A stretch of DNA of 64,000 nt. Origin: Pristiophorus japonicus (Eukaryota). How positions within the stretch are numbered: the stretch's first letter is position 1; every line of letters starts with the position of its first letter. Location: assembly GCF_044704955.1 (NCBI RefSeq), contig NC_091993.1:72540001-72604000 (forward strand), in the 5' to 3' direction. The notes beneath the pieces were generated by a model that worked only from the letters and a program-made list of their open reading frames with translations, was not told where the DNA came from and did not search any database. Below, piece by piece: positions 53,336-64,000 of the stretch. Position numbers and translations under genes: made by a program.

Positions 53336-54139
53336 ATTTATGCTTATAGTGATTTACAGATCACAGAATGTAAAGTATTTGTTTTATAATTTTATTAAAA
53401 GGCTTCCAAACCCAAGATTTTTCCTATACACCCAAAATGTTGATCAAGGAGATCACCTGAAATATCTCAAAATCCCAATTCAAATATTGTACTCCCACTC
53501 TTTATCTAAAAACAAATCCTCTTACTGAGCTAGAAGCTTTCGCGTCAAGATTTTACACCAAGGACAATGGGAGCGTACTCCCCCAGCCTGCAGCCGCGAG
53601 AGACCCACAAAGGCTTTTAAAAAAAAAGGCATTACAACTTCCCTTCCCTGTTCTCTATCTTACTCCTGGGCTAAATTTATGTCTTTCATACCATTATAAT
53701 CAATGATTGCGTGTCTTCTTTCGACAAGTAAGTGAGCGTGTCAAATAAATTCTCTTTTTTTTTAAACCACCGGGACCATGTCTCAACAAACCTACGCTTT
53801 GTGCATTTCCTAGCTCCGTAACTTCTCATCCGAATAAATCCACACTTGCGTTTCTAACTTAAAATTTCTTAAACTTCCCACATACAGGACAACACTATGA
53901 AGGGTTAAAAAAAAACTTCACTCTGTTTGAAAAAGTGGGTGGAGCTAAAACAAACAGGCAGTTGTACCACCTTTCCAAACAGGCTTCCAGACACATGAGA
54001 AAAAAAACACAGATGCACTCTCATTCTAAGGCAGACATTCACAAAAGTCTCTCTTCATTCAATAAAGCTTTTTTTTTGTTGGCCAGCTTTATTTTTTTTT
54101 TAATCCATAAGTCACTATCAGGTTCTCTTTATTTTTACA

Positions 54140-54438
54140 TATTGATTTACTGCCTCTGTTAATTTTACATGGGCTTGAAGAATCGGAACCCAGGCCTTTT
54201 CTATTACTTTCCTTTTTTTTTTACCTCTTCTACCTGGATCTCTGTTTATAAGACACTCCTCTAGACATGTTGTTCTCTCTAAATTAAATGAACCATCGGG
54301 TGGAAATGGCCTGTTTTCACCCTTAGTCCACTTTACCGGTTTTTGTTTCTTTGGTCAATTGAAGACTGACCACAATTCTGGAGCGTAACATAGGCTGGTG
54401 TGGCCTTTTGTGGTGTTTTAACTTGCTCCGGCACCCAT
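54140..54438 (-). pseudogene. gag: gag matrix remnant
   Basis: MGAGAS* (myristoylation-type start) ... TPAYV ... KWTKGENRPFPPDGSFNLE, resembling class I MA; frameshifted. Confidence 0.6.
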
Positions 54439-54857
54439 TCTGAATGATTAAGATTTTCCACAGTTTCTGATCTCACAATCCTTTCGGCCAAGAGTTCTCT
54501 ACGCCCACTTCTCCTGGCCGTTACATGGCCTGAAAAGGCTCTTAATTCGGGCTCAGTCTGGGTGTGTGAGATATGTTGGCACGAACCAACCGTAGTTGAT
54601 CAATCAGTTACTGTTTCTTTTCTCAATCAATCCTTGTTTTTCTGAATCACAATTTTCCCTGGTGACTCTTCCCGTTTCCCTAATTGCAATGTCGCACAAA
54701 AGTATTGAACACAACAGTATAACAAGGACAACTAGGACAATCAACATTCACGCCAGTACACAAATCATAACCTTAAACTCTATCTAAACAAATAATCAAT
54801 TCTCAGTCTGCATTGTACGCCACTACAGACCGAGTCCTTAACTTATCTTAATAAAAC

Positions 54858-55560
54858 TGTTAGTGTGAATGTTTTCTCAGAAGAATCACTCAACACTCAG
54901 AGTCGGTTCCAATGCCGTCGCGGCCTTTATTACGCTTAGCGGGGAGGAAATCTCAGGACTGTATCCAGGTTTCTCTCCACAGAACAAAGGGTTACATGCA
55001 CCTTTATATGTTTCACAACAGTTACAAACAGTTTACTACAGCTACACAGCCCATCATGGCTGGACACAAGCCAATCACAACGATTATAGATTACATATAG
55101 GTTCTTTTAACCCAATAGAATTCCCCTAGTGTCTCGGGAACCATATGTTCGATTATTGTCAGCTTGCGCTGCTTGATGACTTTACTATAGGAGATAGGTT
55201 CTCTCCCTAGTTCTTTCATCTGGGAGAAATAATTGGTTTATAACCTTGTTTACAGGAGATGGATTCCCTCTTATCTTTCTTCCTGGGGAATTAATTGGTT
55301 TATGGCCTTGTTCACAGGGGATGGTTTTCCTCTTATCTCTTTCTTCCTGCATCCAAGGCATTCCTATAGTCTGCCTCACAGGGTTATTGCTCGGTCATTG
55401 AACATTCAACAGTTCACAGCTTGACTACCTGATTTCCCATCATGCTTGGGCAGCCAATTTATGTGTGGCCACTTTAAACTTATATGCGTTTAGATATATC
55501 TAGCAGGTGCCTAATGCCTAGTGTTCTGGTATATTCAAAAGGTGCCTACCTCCTACAACA
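54858..55560 (-). repeat. 3' LTR (703 bp) of a second, different LTR element
   Basis: PPT aaaagggggagt followed by TGTTG...TAACA; TATAAA at 55003-55008 and AATAAA at 54926-54931 on the - strand; no visible similarity to the LTR at 47451. Confidence 0.85.
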
Positions 55561-55697
55561 ACTCCCCCTTTTGGTAAAGGGTCTAGTCCTAGTCCCCTTT
55601 TAACCGACCATTCGACCTTTATTAGATTTTGTGCACGGCTCGGTACTCCCTGCCTCAACGTGCTGGCCAGTCACGCGGTTTCAGGAGTCCCGGTTGC

Positions 55698-57826
55698 TTA
55701 AATCAAATTGACAAAGGCTAAATCCTCCTTCCCCCTTATCAAACAGGCTTGTTTAGTATCCGGGGAACGGTGATTTGTCCGTCTTCGTTGTGCGTGGTGT
55801 CTGCATGCCTGGCAGGCCATTACGCCCCATGTTATTGCTAAGATCAATTGTATCCTGACCAGTATATGTGAAATTATTCGAATCCATTGGTGGATGTTCA
55901 CATTTATTCCCCAGTCCCAGACCTTTCTCCACCAACTCTGACTTTGTAAGTCTACCTCGGTATCTTCTTCCAGTACTTTGATTTTAGTTTGTAGTTGGTG
56001 GTAGAGCTTTACGGATTGACCCACTCTGAGCCTCTAATACTTCGGTTAGATGTGGGATAGGGACCTGATCTAGTTTGTCATAATCCTGTAAATGATCATG
56101 GAGCTGATCGGTTACCTCAATAACTTCGGACTTCCGGCGCCTAACCTGGGTGATATGCGCTTGCCCGATCGCGACAGGTCGTAGTGGTGTAAAGCAAAAG
56201 TTTGGCTGTGGTATAGGGCACTGCAGGTCATTATACTGGAATGAACGCTCAGTAGTAGAGACGCAGTATCTTCCCTTCCCTCCGTAGCCTGCCCTCGCGA
56301 AGTGCATGTGTGCGGGCACTATTTCTAGTACACACCCATCGGTTCGGTTAAACCCGCACTCGTCTAGCTCCCCTCGGCCCACCGGGTGAGGGCATACTGT
56401 GATTTCCCCCTTTTGCTTGCAATCTGCTAGGGAAATCCCGGTAAGTATGTTGTTTCGACGAACGGCAGAGGTGGTGGTCAGGTAGTAGCGTATGGAGACA
56501 TTTTCCCGTATTACTCCGATATTCTCTAGTTGGTATAGGGAGAACGGCCCTGAGTCCGGCGTGGCTATAGGGATCATCAGGACTATCCCTATCCCGGTAG
56601 TCCTACCCATCTGGCAATCTGGAATTGCTGGGTATACTCGGGTCAGTCCCTTCAGAGCACAATTATCCAGTGTCCCCCTTTTGTTAGCTAACTGAGCTAA
56701 ATGTGAACTGTCTATCCAATCGGGTACTTCCCCGCGTTGGATCTGGTCGAGATTGTGGCGGATCTGTCCCACCATCCACAGACCATAAGCGTGACAGAGT
56801 TGCCCCTGTCTTTGCTTTCCGGTATCTTCTTTTTCTCTATCAATGAGGTGATTGATGGTTTTGTCGTGAGCTTCCAGGACTGAGATGCCATCCAACTGGA
56901 TTTCGGCACCCTCCTTTCCTAGGTTGGCTTGGTCTTCCTGGTTTTGCTCCACCCTCTCTAATAACCCCTTCATCACCCCTCTAAGCTGTTCCACCCTCTC
57001 ATTTAACCCTTGTATGTCTATCGAGTTCACTATGGAGGTCCCTGTATTGAAAACGGTAGCAACATCATTAACTATTTCCCTCTTCATCCTGGGGGCTAAC
57101 CCCTGTCCCCGGAACCTACTGGCACCCATTGCATCGGCAGCCTGCTGCATTACAACTTTACTTAATACATTATACATTTTCCTTGACTGTTCGGTACAGT
57201 ATTCCGGCATCTGGATGCCTGAAATATTGATCAGAACAGGCACAATTTCATGTTTAACATTATCATACAACAGTTCCCCTTCGTTGTACATTACAATCCC
57301 ATTCTCTGGTCCCTTAGTAGTTATGGGACAAGGCAGTTCCTCGGGCAATGTAGTGGTTCTTATGGGGTGCGGTGTTGGAGGGGGTGAGAAACATACATAC
57401 AATGATATTGCAGCCGCCCCCGCCTCCTCGTAATACCCACACAGCCCCACTCCCTTCTTGCGGATGACCGATTGCTGGGATTGTCCCGGAAGCACGCAAA
57501 TTATGCCGAAAGTACATTCATCGGGCCCTTTAACATCCCTCCGTTTAATGCATCTGCTCCTTATACCCGTGGAGCACTGTACACATACTCTTATTCTTAT
57601 TAGGATTCTTATTAGGATTCACTTGTAACCATGCATTAAAATAAGTCCTGTCCTTGCTCCAGTCCTTGGCTGCTGGGATGCACATTCCGTCCGTTAAATT
57701 AAACAAGACTCCATAGTTCATGTAGTTGTTTATTTCCAGCGTGCTCTGCTGTCCGTCGGTGTTGCCCAGGGTACGTGCATGTCGCAGGGCTATCCATATT
57801 ACGAGTAGCGCCGTTCGTATTCCCAT
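55698..57826 (-). pseudogene. Class I fusion glycoprotein (F-type env), about 710 aa, two frameshifts
   Basis: Signal peptide MGIRTALLVIWIAL, furin site RMKR (57079-57090), long heptad helix, Cys-rich region, second heptad, Trp-rich membrane-proximal segment and TM, directly upstream of PPT/LTR. No CXXC/CX6CC pair or ISD. Confidence 0.8.
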
Positions 57827-57935
57827 TCCGGTAAGTATTATCTGTAATTTTAAACAGACGGCCTGGTCGTCACCAGGGGTTAAGTTTTTTGCTCTACGAG
57901 TGTCCCTGTCACCCTGCAAAATCAGAAGCACAAGG

Positions 57936-58046
57936 TTATAATCGAACCATTTCGAGCTGAATCTGTAGGGTGTGCGCCCGTGTCTTTACCCACTTAAATA
58001 TTACCCAAACTCCTATGACCAAGGCCAAAGCTATTCCTCCAAACAT
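57936..58046 (-). CDS. Putative 36-aa single-TM accessory peptide
   Basis: MFGGIALALVIGVWVIFKWVKTRAHTLQIQLEMVRL*; stops just before the candidate env splice acceptor. Confidence 0.3.
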   Translation of the reverse strand: MFGGIALALVIGVWVIFKWVKTRAHTLQIQLEMVRL

Positions 58047-59776
58047 CGCTGTCTGCTTTACCGTTAGGTTGGGTTTGTGGACTACACCTACCCACCGTGG
58101 GGTACATTGGCTCTATTGCTGTAGGTGATGGTGCTATGGCTGCGCACTGCACTATCCGTCTAGTCCCGTTATCTCTTCCAGCCTGTTTATCTTAGCTTTT
58201 AACTCTTCAATTTGTTTTATTGAGTATCTATTTCTTTATTGTATCAGGCAAGTATTATTACATAAGCTAGTTCTGTTTTTATTTTTGTTTCCTCTGTTAG
58301 GTGAGTCTTTTTTTCTATTAAGAAATCCAAATTAATAATGTTCAGTATAAAACGGCTGTCAATGGAAAGGGTTAACTCCTTTCCAGGTTTGTAAGAAGAC
58401 CTGATGTCATTACGTGACTTCACGTAATCATCTGAAAAAAAAGTCTTTGTGCCTTCAAAACTGGCTTCGAAATTAGGAATCCGTTAAACAGCATAAATCA
58501 TTAGAGCAAACTCCAATGTTTTCTTAACTTCTAATTCAAGTACTTGCCAAAGAATTTTTTTTAATTGTTTTAAAACAAGACCACACATACAATAGCAATT
58601 TTGTTTACTGAAATTCAATTCTGTTTTTTTTTATTTCTCTCTTTCTCCTCGTTATCTTCAAAACCCTCCTGCTTGTTTAGACTGTTCGGGACATTTTTGA
58701 TAAACACTGTCCATTTTGGAAATCTTTTCAAACTGCATTGAAACTTTTTCATAATTTAAAATTTGAATCCATGTAGAGTGTTTTTTACCTATTCCAATTT
58801 TTTTTTTCTTCTAATTAAACCAATATCTTTTTCACAGCAAACATCAGCTAGTATTTAGTAAGTTATGTCTTTTTCCATTTAGTCCGTTACATCTTTTTTT
58901 TCTTTCTTCAAATTAGGTTTTGTATTTTACACGGAGGGTTCATAACTCCATAAAGTTGTTAATTTAAAATGATTTGTTTACTTTCAAAGTGGCGTCTTTA
59001 TCTTTTTCTTTTTCTCCCTAACTGGAATGGAGTCCAGCTTTGAGAGTTTGAGGACTGCCTTTCGTTATCTCAAAATGCTCCAGTTTCAAAGTCGATACTA
59101 AAGCTTGCTGTTTTTAACATTTTCCAAAAGTCCCTTTTACACCTTTGCAGATAGCTCGCCACTCGCCCAGAAGTTTGACCTGATCAGATTTAGTTTAATA
59201 ATTTTTTTTTTTTGAATCCACCTCAGTATTTTCTGTGCCTTCTCTGAATATCTCAAAATCCCAATTCAAACATTGTAATTTCAATCTTTATTTAAAACCT
59301 TTTTTTTGCTAGAAGCTCTTTTTTTTTAAAGCATTCTTTATCTCATTCCGAGACTAAATTTATGTCTTTCAACCCAATCAATCATTGCATGTTTTCTTTC
59401 GGCAAGTAAGTGAGCGTGACAAATAAATCTTTTGCTCAACAAACCTATCCTTTATATATTTGTTTACTTTCCTAGCTCCATAACTTATCATCCGAATAAA
59501 TCCACACCTGCGTTTCTAACTTAAATGTCTTAAAACTTCCCACATACAGGACAACACTACAAAGGGTTAGCTAAAATAAACAGTCACTTGCATTCCTCTT
59601 CCAACCAGGCTTTCAGAAAAATTCATTCCGCAGTCACAAAATCACACAGGGACTCTCACTCAACGACCAGACATTTACAACAGTCTCTCTTCTTTCCTAT
59701 TAATTTTTTTTTTTTTGATCCATGACCTTTCAGGGAATTCGTAGTTTTATCTAAATAATTCCTCACATAACTTTTA

Positions 59777-60124
59777 TGACCCAGTGAGGGGCCTTCTCCC
59801 AGGGACCCAGTGAGGGGTCTTCTCGCACAGATCCAGTGAGGGCCTTCTCCCCCCTGGACCCAGTGAGGGGCCTTCTCCCAGGGACCCAGTGAGGGGCCTT
59901 CTCTCCCCCGGACCCAGTGAGGGGCCTTCTCCTCCCTGGACCCAGTGAGGGGCCTTCTCCCAGGGACCCAGTGAGGGTCCTTCTCCCCCCTGGACCCAGT
60001 GAGGGGCCTTCTCTGCCCCGGACCTAGTGAGTGGCCTTCTTTGCCCCGGACCCAGTGAGGGGCCTTCTCCCCCCTAGACCCAATGAGGGGCCTTCTCCTC
60101 CCTGGACCCAGTGAGGGGCCTTCT
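59777..60124. repeat. Minisatellite, about 28-32 bp unit ggacccagtgaggggccttctccc
   Basis: About 12 units visible. Confidence 0.93.
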
Positions 60125-60404
60125 TGCACAGAGCTGAGGAAAGCATGGCCCGTGCTTTCTGCAGCTGTGGGGTACTGTGCATGCGCAGCCGGACCTCGGT
60201 GGCAATGTGCATGCGTAACTGCTGAGGCCCTAAGCTCTGGAATTCCCTGAACCTCACCGCATCCCTACCTCTCTTTCCTCCTTCAAGATGCTCCTTAAAA
60301 CGTACCTCTTTGACCAAGCTTTTTTGGCACCTACCTTATTTATAACGTGAAGCGCCTTGGGACATATTACTACATTAAAGGCGCAATAAAAGTGATAGCC
60401 GCTG

Positions 60405-60840
60405 ATCAGTTAGTAACACCCCCCGACTCAGAAGGTTGTGGGTTCAAGATCCACTTCAGAGATCTGAGCACAAAAATCTGGCTGACACTCCAGTGCAACA
60501 CTGAGAGAGTGCTGCTCTGTCGGAGGTGCCATTTTTCGGATGAGGCCCTGTATGTCCTCTCAAGTGAACATAAAAGACTCCATGGCAATATTTTGAAGAA
60601 GAGCAGGGGTGTTATCTCCGGTGTCCTGGCCAATATTTATCCCTAAATCAACATCACTAAAACAGATTATCTGGTCATTATCACATTGCTGCTTGTGGGA
60701 GCTTACTGTGCGCAAATTGCCTGCTGCGTTTCCTACATTTCAATCATGACTACACTCCAAAAAGTGTTTAATTGGGTGTAAAGCACTTTGGAATGTCGGG
60801 TGGTCGTGAATGGTGCTGTATAAATTCAAGTCTTTTTTCT
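60405..60840 (+). mobile_element. DeuSINE, near full length (preceded by an L2 tail at about 60228-60390)
   Basis: tRNA-like head (ggttcaag), Deu core, tail. Confidence 0.8.
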
Positions 60841-60987
60841 TTTATATAAATAAAAGTAGTTGTTGTTGTATGGTCTGTACTGCACCCTGAACCAAGAAGT
60901 GATCATCTCCTTCGATCTCTGAAGGTTCTCCCATGCACGGAGACGGTTTCTTCATCTCCGCCATCGGTTAACAACCTAGGTGGACCC

Positions 60988-63393
60988 TGTTGTGTATCTG
61001 CAAAGCACGCACTTCCATGTTCCGCCACCAGGGAGTGCATCCCCTGAAGTCTCAAGGGATCCCAGCATCCCTTGGGAGCACTGTTATAAGCAGGCCCCTA
61101 AGGCCTGCTTATTCTGGAGTGTCTTAATAAACCCTGAGGTCACTGTTACTTTAACCTCCCTGTATGCAATCTCATCTGTGTTAGCAACACAACAACTGGC
61201 GACGAGTATACGAATCCACGCAAAGATGCAGCAAACTGTGGGCATCCTGGAGAAGTTCTCAGAGGGTGAGGACTGGGAAGCCAATGTTGAACGGTTAGAC
61301 CAGTACTTTGTAGCCAATGAGCTGGACGGAGAAGGAAGCACTGCAAAAAGGAGAGCGGTCCTCCTCATGGTCTGCACGGCACCAACCTACAACCTCATGA
61401 AGAATCTTCTGGCTCCAGTGAAACCCACAGATAAGTTGTATGAGGAGCTGTGTATACTGGAGCATCTTAACCCGAGGGAGAGCGTGCTGATGGCGAGGTA
61501 TCGGTTCTATACGTGCCAGCGATCTGAAGGTCAGGAAGTGGCAAGTTACGTCGCCGAGCTAAGGCAACTTGCAGGACAATGTGAGTTTGATGGCTACCTG
61601 GAGCAAATGCTCAGAGACTTTTTTGTACTGGGCATTGGCCACGAGACCATCCTATGAAAACTTTTGACTGTAGAGACACCAACCCACAGTAAGGCCATTG
61701 CGATAGCACAGGCGTTTATGTCCACCAGTGATAACACCAAACAAATCTCTCAGCACACAAGTGCTAGCAATGTTCATAAATTAACTGGAACTGTGTTTGC
61801 GAGCAGAAATGTACAGGGCAGAAACCACGAGTCTTCAACTGCCAGCAGGCCTCAGGTGACCCAGATGACTCAGAATCTGCAACAAAGGATGAATGCAAGG
61901 CAATTCACAACTTGTTGGCATTGTGGAGGCTTCCATTCAGCCTATTCATGATGCTTCAAAGGATATGTTTGCAAGAGCTGTGAAACAATGGGGCACCTCC
62001 AATGAGGCAGACGAGCTGCAAGCTCTGCAAAACCTGCTAACCACCACGTGGCAGAGGAAGATCGGTCCATGGTGGACCAAAGCAATTTCGAGCCTCAGAG
62101 AGAGGAGGCAGGTGCTGAAGTACACGGGGTGCACACATTTTCGATGATGCTAAACGTAAAATTGAATAGCTTACCCGTAGCCATGGAACTGGACACTGGC
62201 GCTAGCCAATCCATCATTCGTAAAAAGATGTTTGAGAGACTGTGGTGTAACAAGGCATTCAGACCAGCCCTGAGCCCCATCCACACGACACTGAGAATGT
62301 ACACCAAAGAGCTTATCACTGTCCTGGGCAGCGTTATGGTCAAGGTCACCTACGAGGGCACAGTGCACGAACTGCCACTCTGGATTGTCCCGGGCGATGG
62401 CCCCACACTGCTTGGAAGGAGCTGGCTGGGCAAAATCCGCTGGAACTGGGATGACATCCGAGCGCTATCACATGTCGATGAGGCCTCATGTACCCAGGTT
62501 CTTAACAAATTTCCATCCCTTTTTGAGCCAGGCATTGGAAACTTTTCCGGGGCGAAGGTGCGGATCCACTTGGGCCCAGAGGCACGACCCATTCACCACA
62601 AGGCGCGAGCGGTACCTCACATGATGAGGGAGAGAGTGGAAATCGAGCTGGACAGGCTGCAACACGAGCGCATCATCTCCCCAGTGGAATTCAGCGAGTG
62701 GGCCAGCCTGATTGTTCCAGTACTCAAAAGTGATGGCACGGTCAGGATTTACGGTGATTATAAAGTAACTATTAATCGTTTCTCGCTACAGGACCAATAC
62801 CCGCTACCTAAGGCAGACGACCTATTTGCGATGCTGGCAGGAGGCAAGACATTCACCAAGCTCAACCTGACTTCGGCCTACATGACGCAGGAGCTGGAGA
62901 AGTCTTCGAAGGGCCTCACCTGCATCAACACGCACAAGGGACTGTTCATCTACAAGATGCCCATTTGGAATTCGGTCGGCTGCAGCGATCTTCCAGAGAA
63001 ACATGGAGAGCCTACTCAAGTTGGTACCACGCACAGTGTTTTTTTAGGACGACATATTGGTCACGGGTCGGGACACCGTCGAGAATCTACAAAACCTGGA
63101 GGAGGTCCTCCAGCGACTGGATCGCGTAGGACTGCAGCTGAAGAGGTTGAAATGCGTCTTCATGGCAACAGAAATTGAGTTTTTGGGGAGAAAGATCACG
63201 GCGGATGGCATTCGGCACACAGATGCCAAGACAGAGGCTATCAGGAATGCGCCCAGGCCACAGAATGTCATGGAGCTGCGATCGTTCCTGGGACTCCTCA
63301 ACTATTTTGGTAACTTCCTACCAGGATTAAGCACCCTCTTAAAGCCCCTACATGTGTCATTGCGTAAAGGTATGAACTGGGTATGGGGAAAAA
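60988..63393 (+). mobile_element. Mag-like Ty3/Gypsy LTR retrotransposon, 3'-truncated
   Basis: LTR 60988-61194 TGTTGTGT...ACACAACA; PBS TGGCGACGAG at 61197 (tRNA-Ser(GCU)-like); gag GILEKFSEGEDWEA..; protease ELDTGAS; RT EWASLIVPV, QYPLPK, FLGRKI, ELRSFLGLLNYF; contains stops and frameshifts. Confidence 0.92.
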
Positions 63394-63394
63394 A

Positions 63395-63590
63395 CCCTGC
63401 CTTCCACTCTATCACAGACCTCCCTTTGTTCTTTCTTCCCCTCCCCCTTTCAGTGCTTCTTAAGAATGTGTTCTTTTTGAACATTCACCAGTTCTGACGA
63501 AGGGTCATCGACCCAAAACGTTAACTCTCTGTTTCTCTTCACAGATGCTGCCTGACCCGCTGAGATTTCTAGCATTCTCTGTTTTATTAC
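63395..63590 (+). mobile_element. Penelope-like terminal repeat with a degenerate hammerhead core
   Basis: agttCTGACGAagggtcatcgacccAAAACGTTaact followed by acagatgctgcctgacccgctgag. Confidence 0.6.
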
Positions 63591-63629
63591 AGAGAATTTA
63601 TTTCCTTGTGGGAAAATCTAGAACCAGAT

Positions 63630-64000
63630 CATGCAGCTCTGGTCACAACATTACAGGAAGGATGTGATTGCACTAGAAAGGGTGCAGAGGAGATTTAGAA
63701 GGATGTTGCCAGGACTGGAACATTTTAGTTATGAGGAAAGATGGGATATGCTGGGATTGTTTTCCTTGGAACACAGGAGGCTGAGGGGAGGTTTCACCGA
63801 GGTGCCTAAAATTATGAAGGACCTAGATAGAGTGGATAGGAAGGATCTATTTCCCTTAGCAGAGGGGTCAATAACCAGGGGGCATAGATTAAAGTAGTTG
63901 GTAGAAGGACTAGAGGGGAGATGGGGAAATATTTCTTCACCCAGAGGGTGGAACTCACTGCCTGACATGGTGGTAGAGGCAGAAACCCTCACCACATTTT
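63630..64000 (+). mobile_element. CR1 LINE 3' fragment
   Basis: QLWSQHYRKDVIALERVQRRF..LGLFSLEHRRLRG. Confidence 0.88.

Larger units (their letters stand above)
47451..54857 (-). mobile_element. Class I (gamma/epsilon-like) endogenous retrovirus, internally deleted, 5' LTR absent
   Basis: Order on the - strand: leader, gag MA remnant, AT-rich module, RT fragment, connection, RNase H, IN, env, PPT, LTR. Confidence 0.92.

Noticed and set aside
54858-55560. 5' LTR of the ERV at 47451-54857
   Set aside because: No visible similarity to its 3' LTR, no PBS follows it, and a PPT precedes it, so it is the 3' LTR of another element.
59656-60129. 157-aa repetitive ORF
   Set aside because: Translation of a minisatellite.
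55698-63393. F-type gene as the env of the Gypsy element at 60988
   Set aside because: Opposite strand, different LTR, and separated by unrelated repeats.

Overview
Eukaryotic, repeat-dense vertebrate DNA. The CR1/HER1-like LINEs, DeuSINEs and Harbinger families point to a cartilaginous fish, probably a shark (inference). The only host gene recognised is BCAS2/SPF27 on the + strand: a 93-nt internal exon at 588-680 and the terminal coding exon at 15816-15942. The middle exons were not found and probably lie in the 200-N gap. The rest is layered mobile DNA: CR1, L2, RTE and Vingi LINEs, DeuSINEs, a hAT element with both ends, a Harbinger transposon, solo LTRs, a 40-bp minisatellite with a 1-kb higher-order duplication, a decayed RPL21 copy inside a TIR element, and a Mag-like Ty3/Gypsy element. 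The most interesting region is 47.4-59.8 kb, where two minus-strand LTR elements are nested. One is a class I (gamma/epsilon-like) ERV with a gamma-type env. The other carries an unrelated class I fusion glycoprotein resembling the Mononegavirales-F/lokiretrovirus type. Both share a diverged AT-rich internal module, which suggests envelope exchange. All family assignments were made by eye from motifs; no database searches were run.
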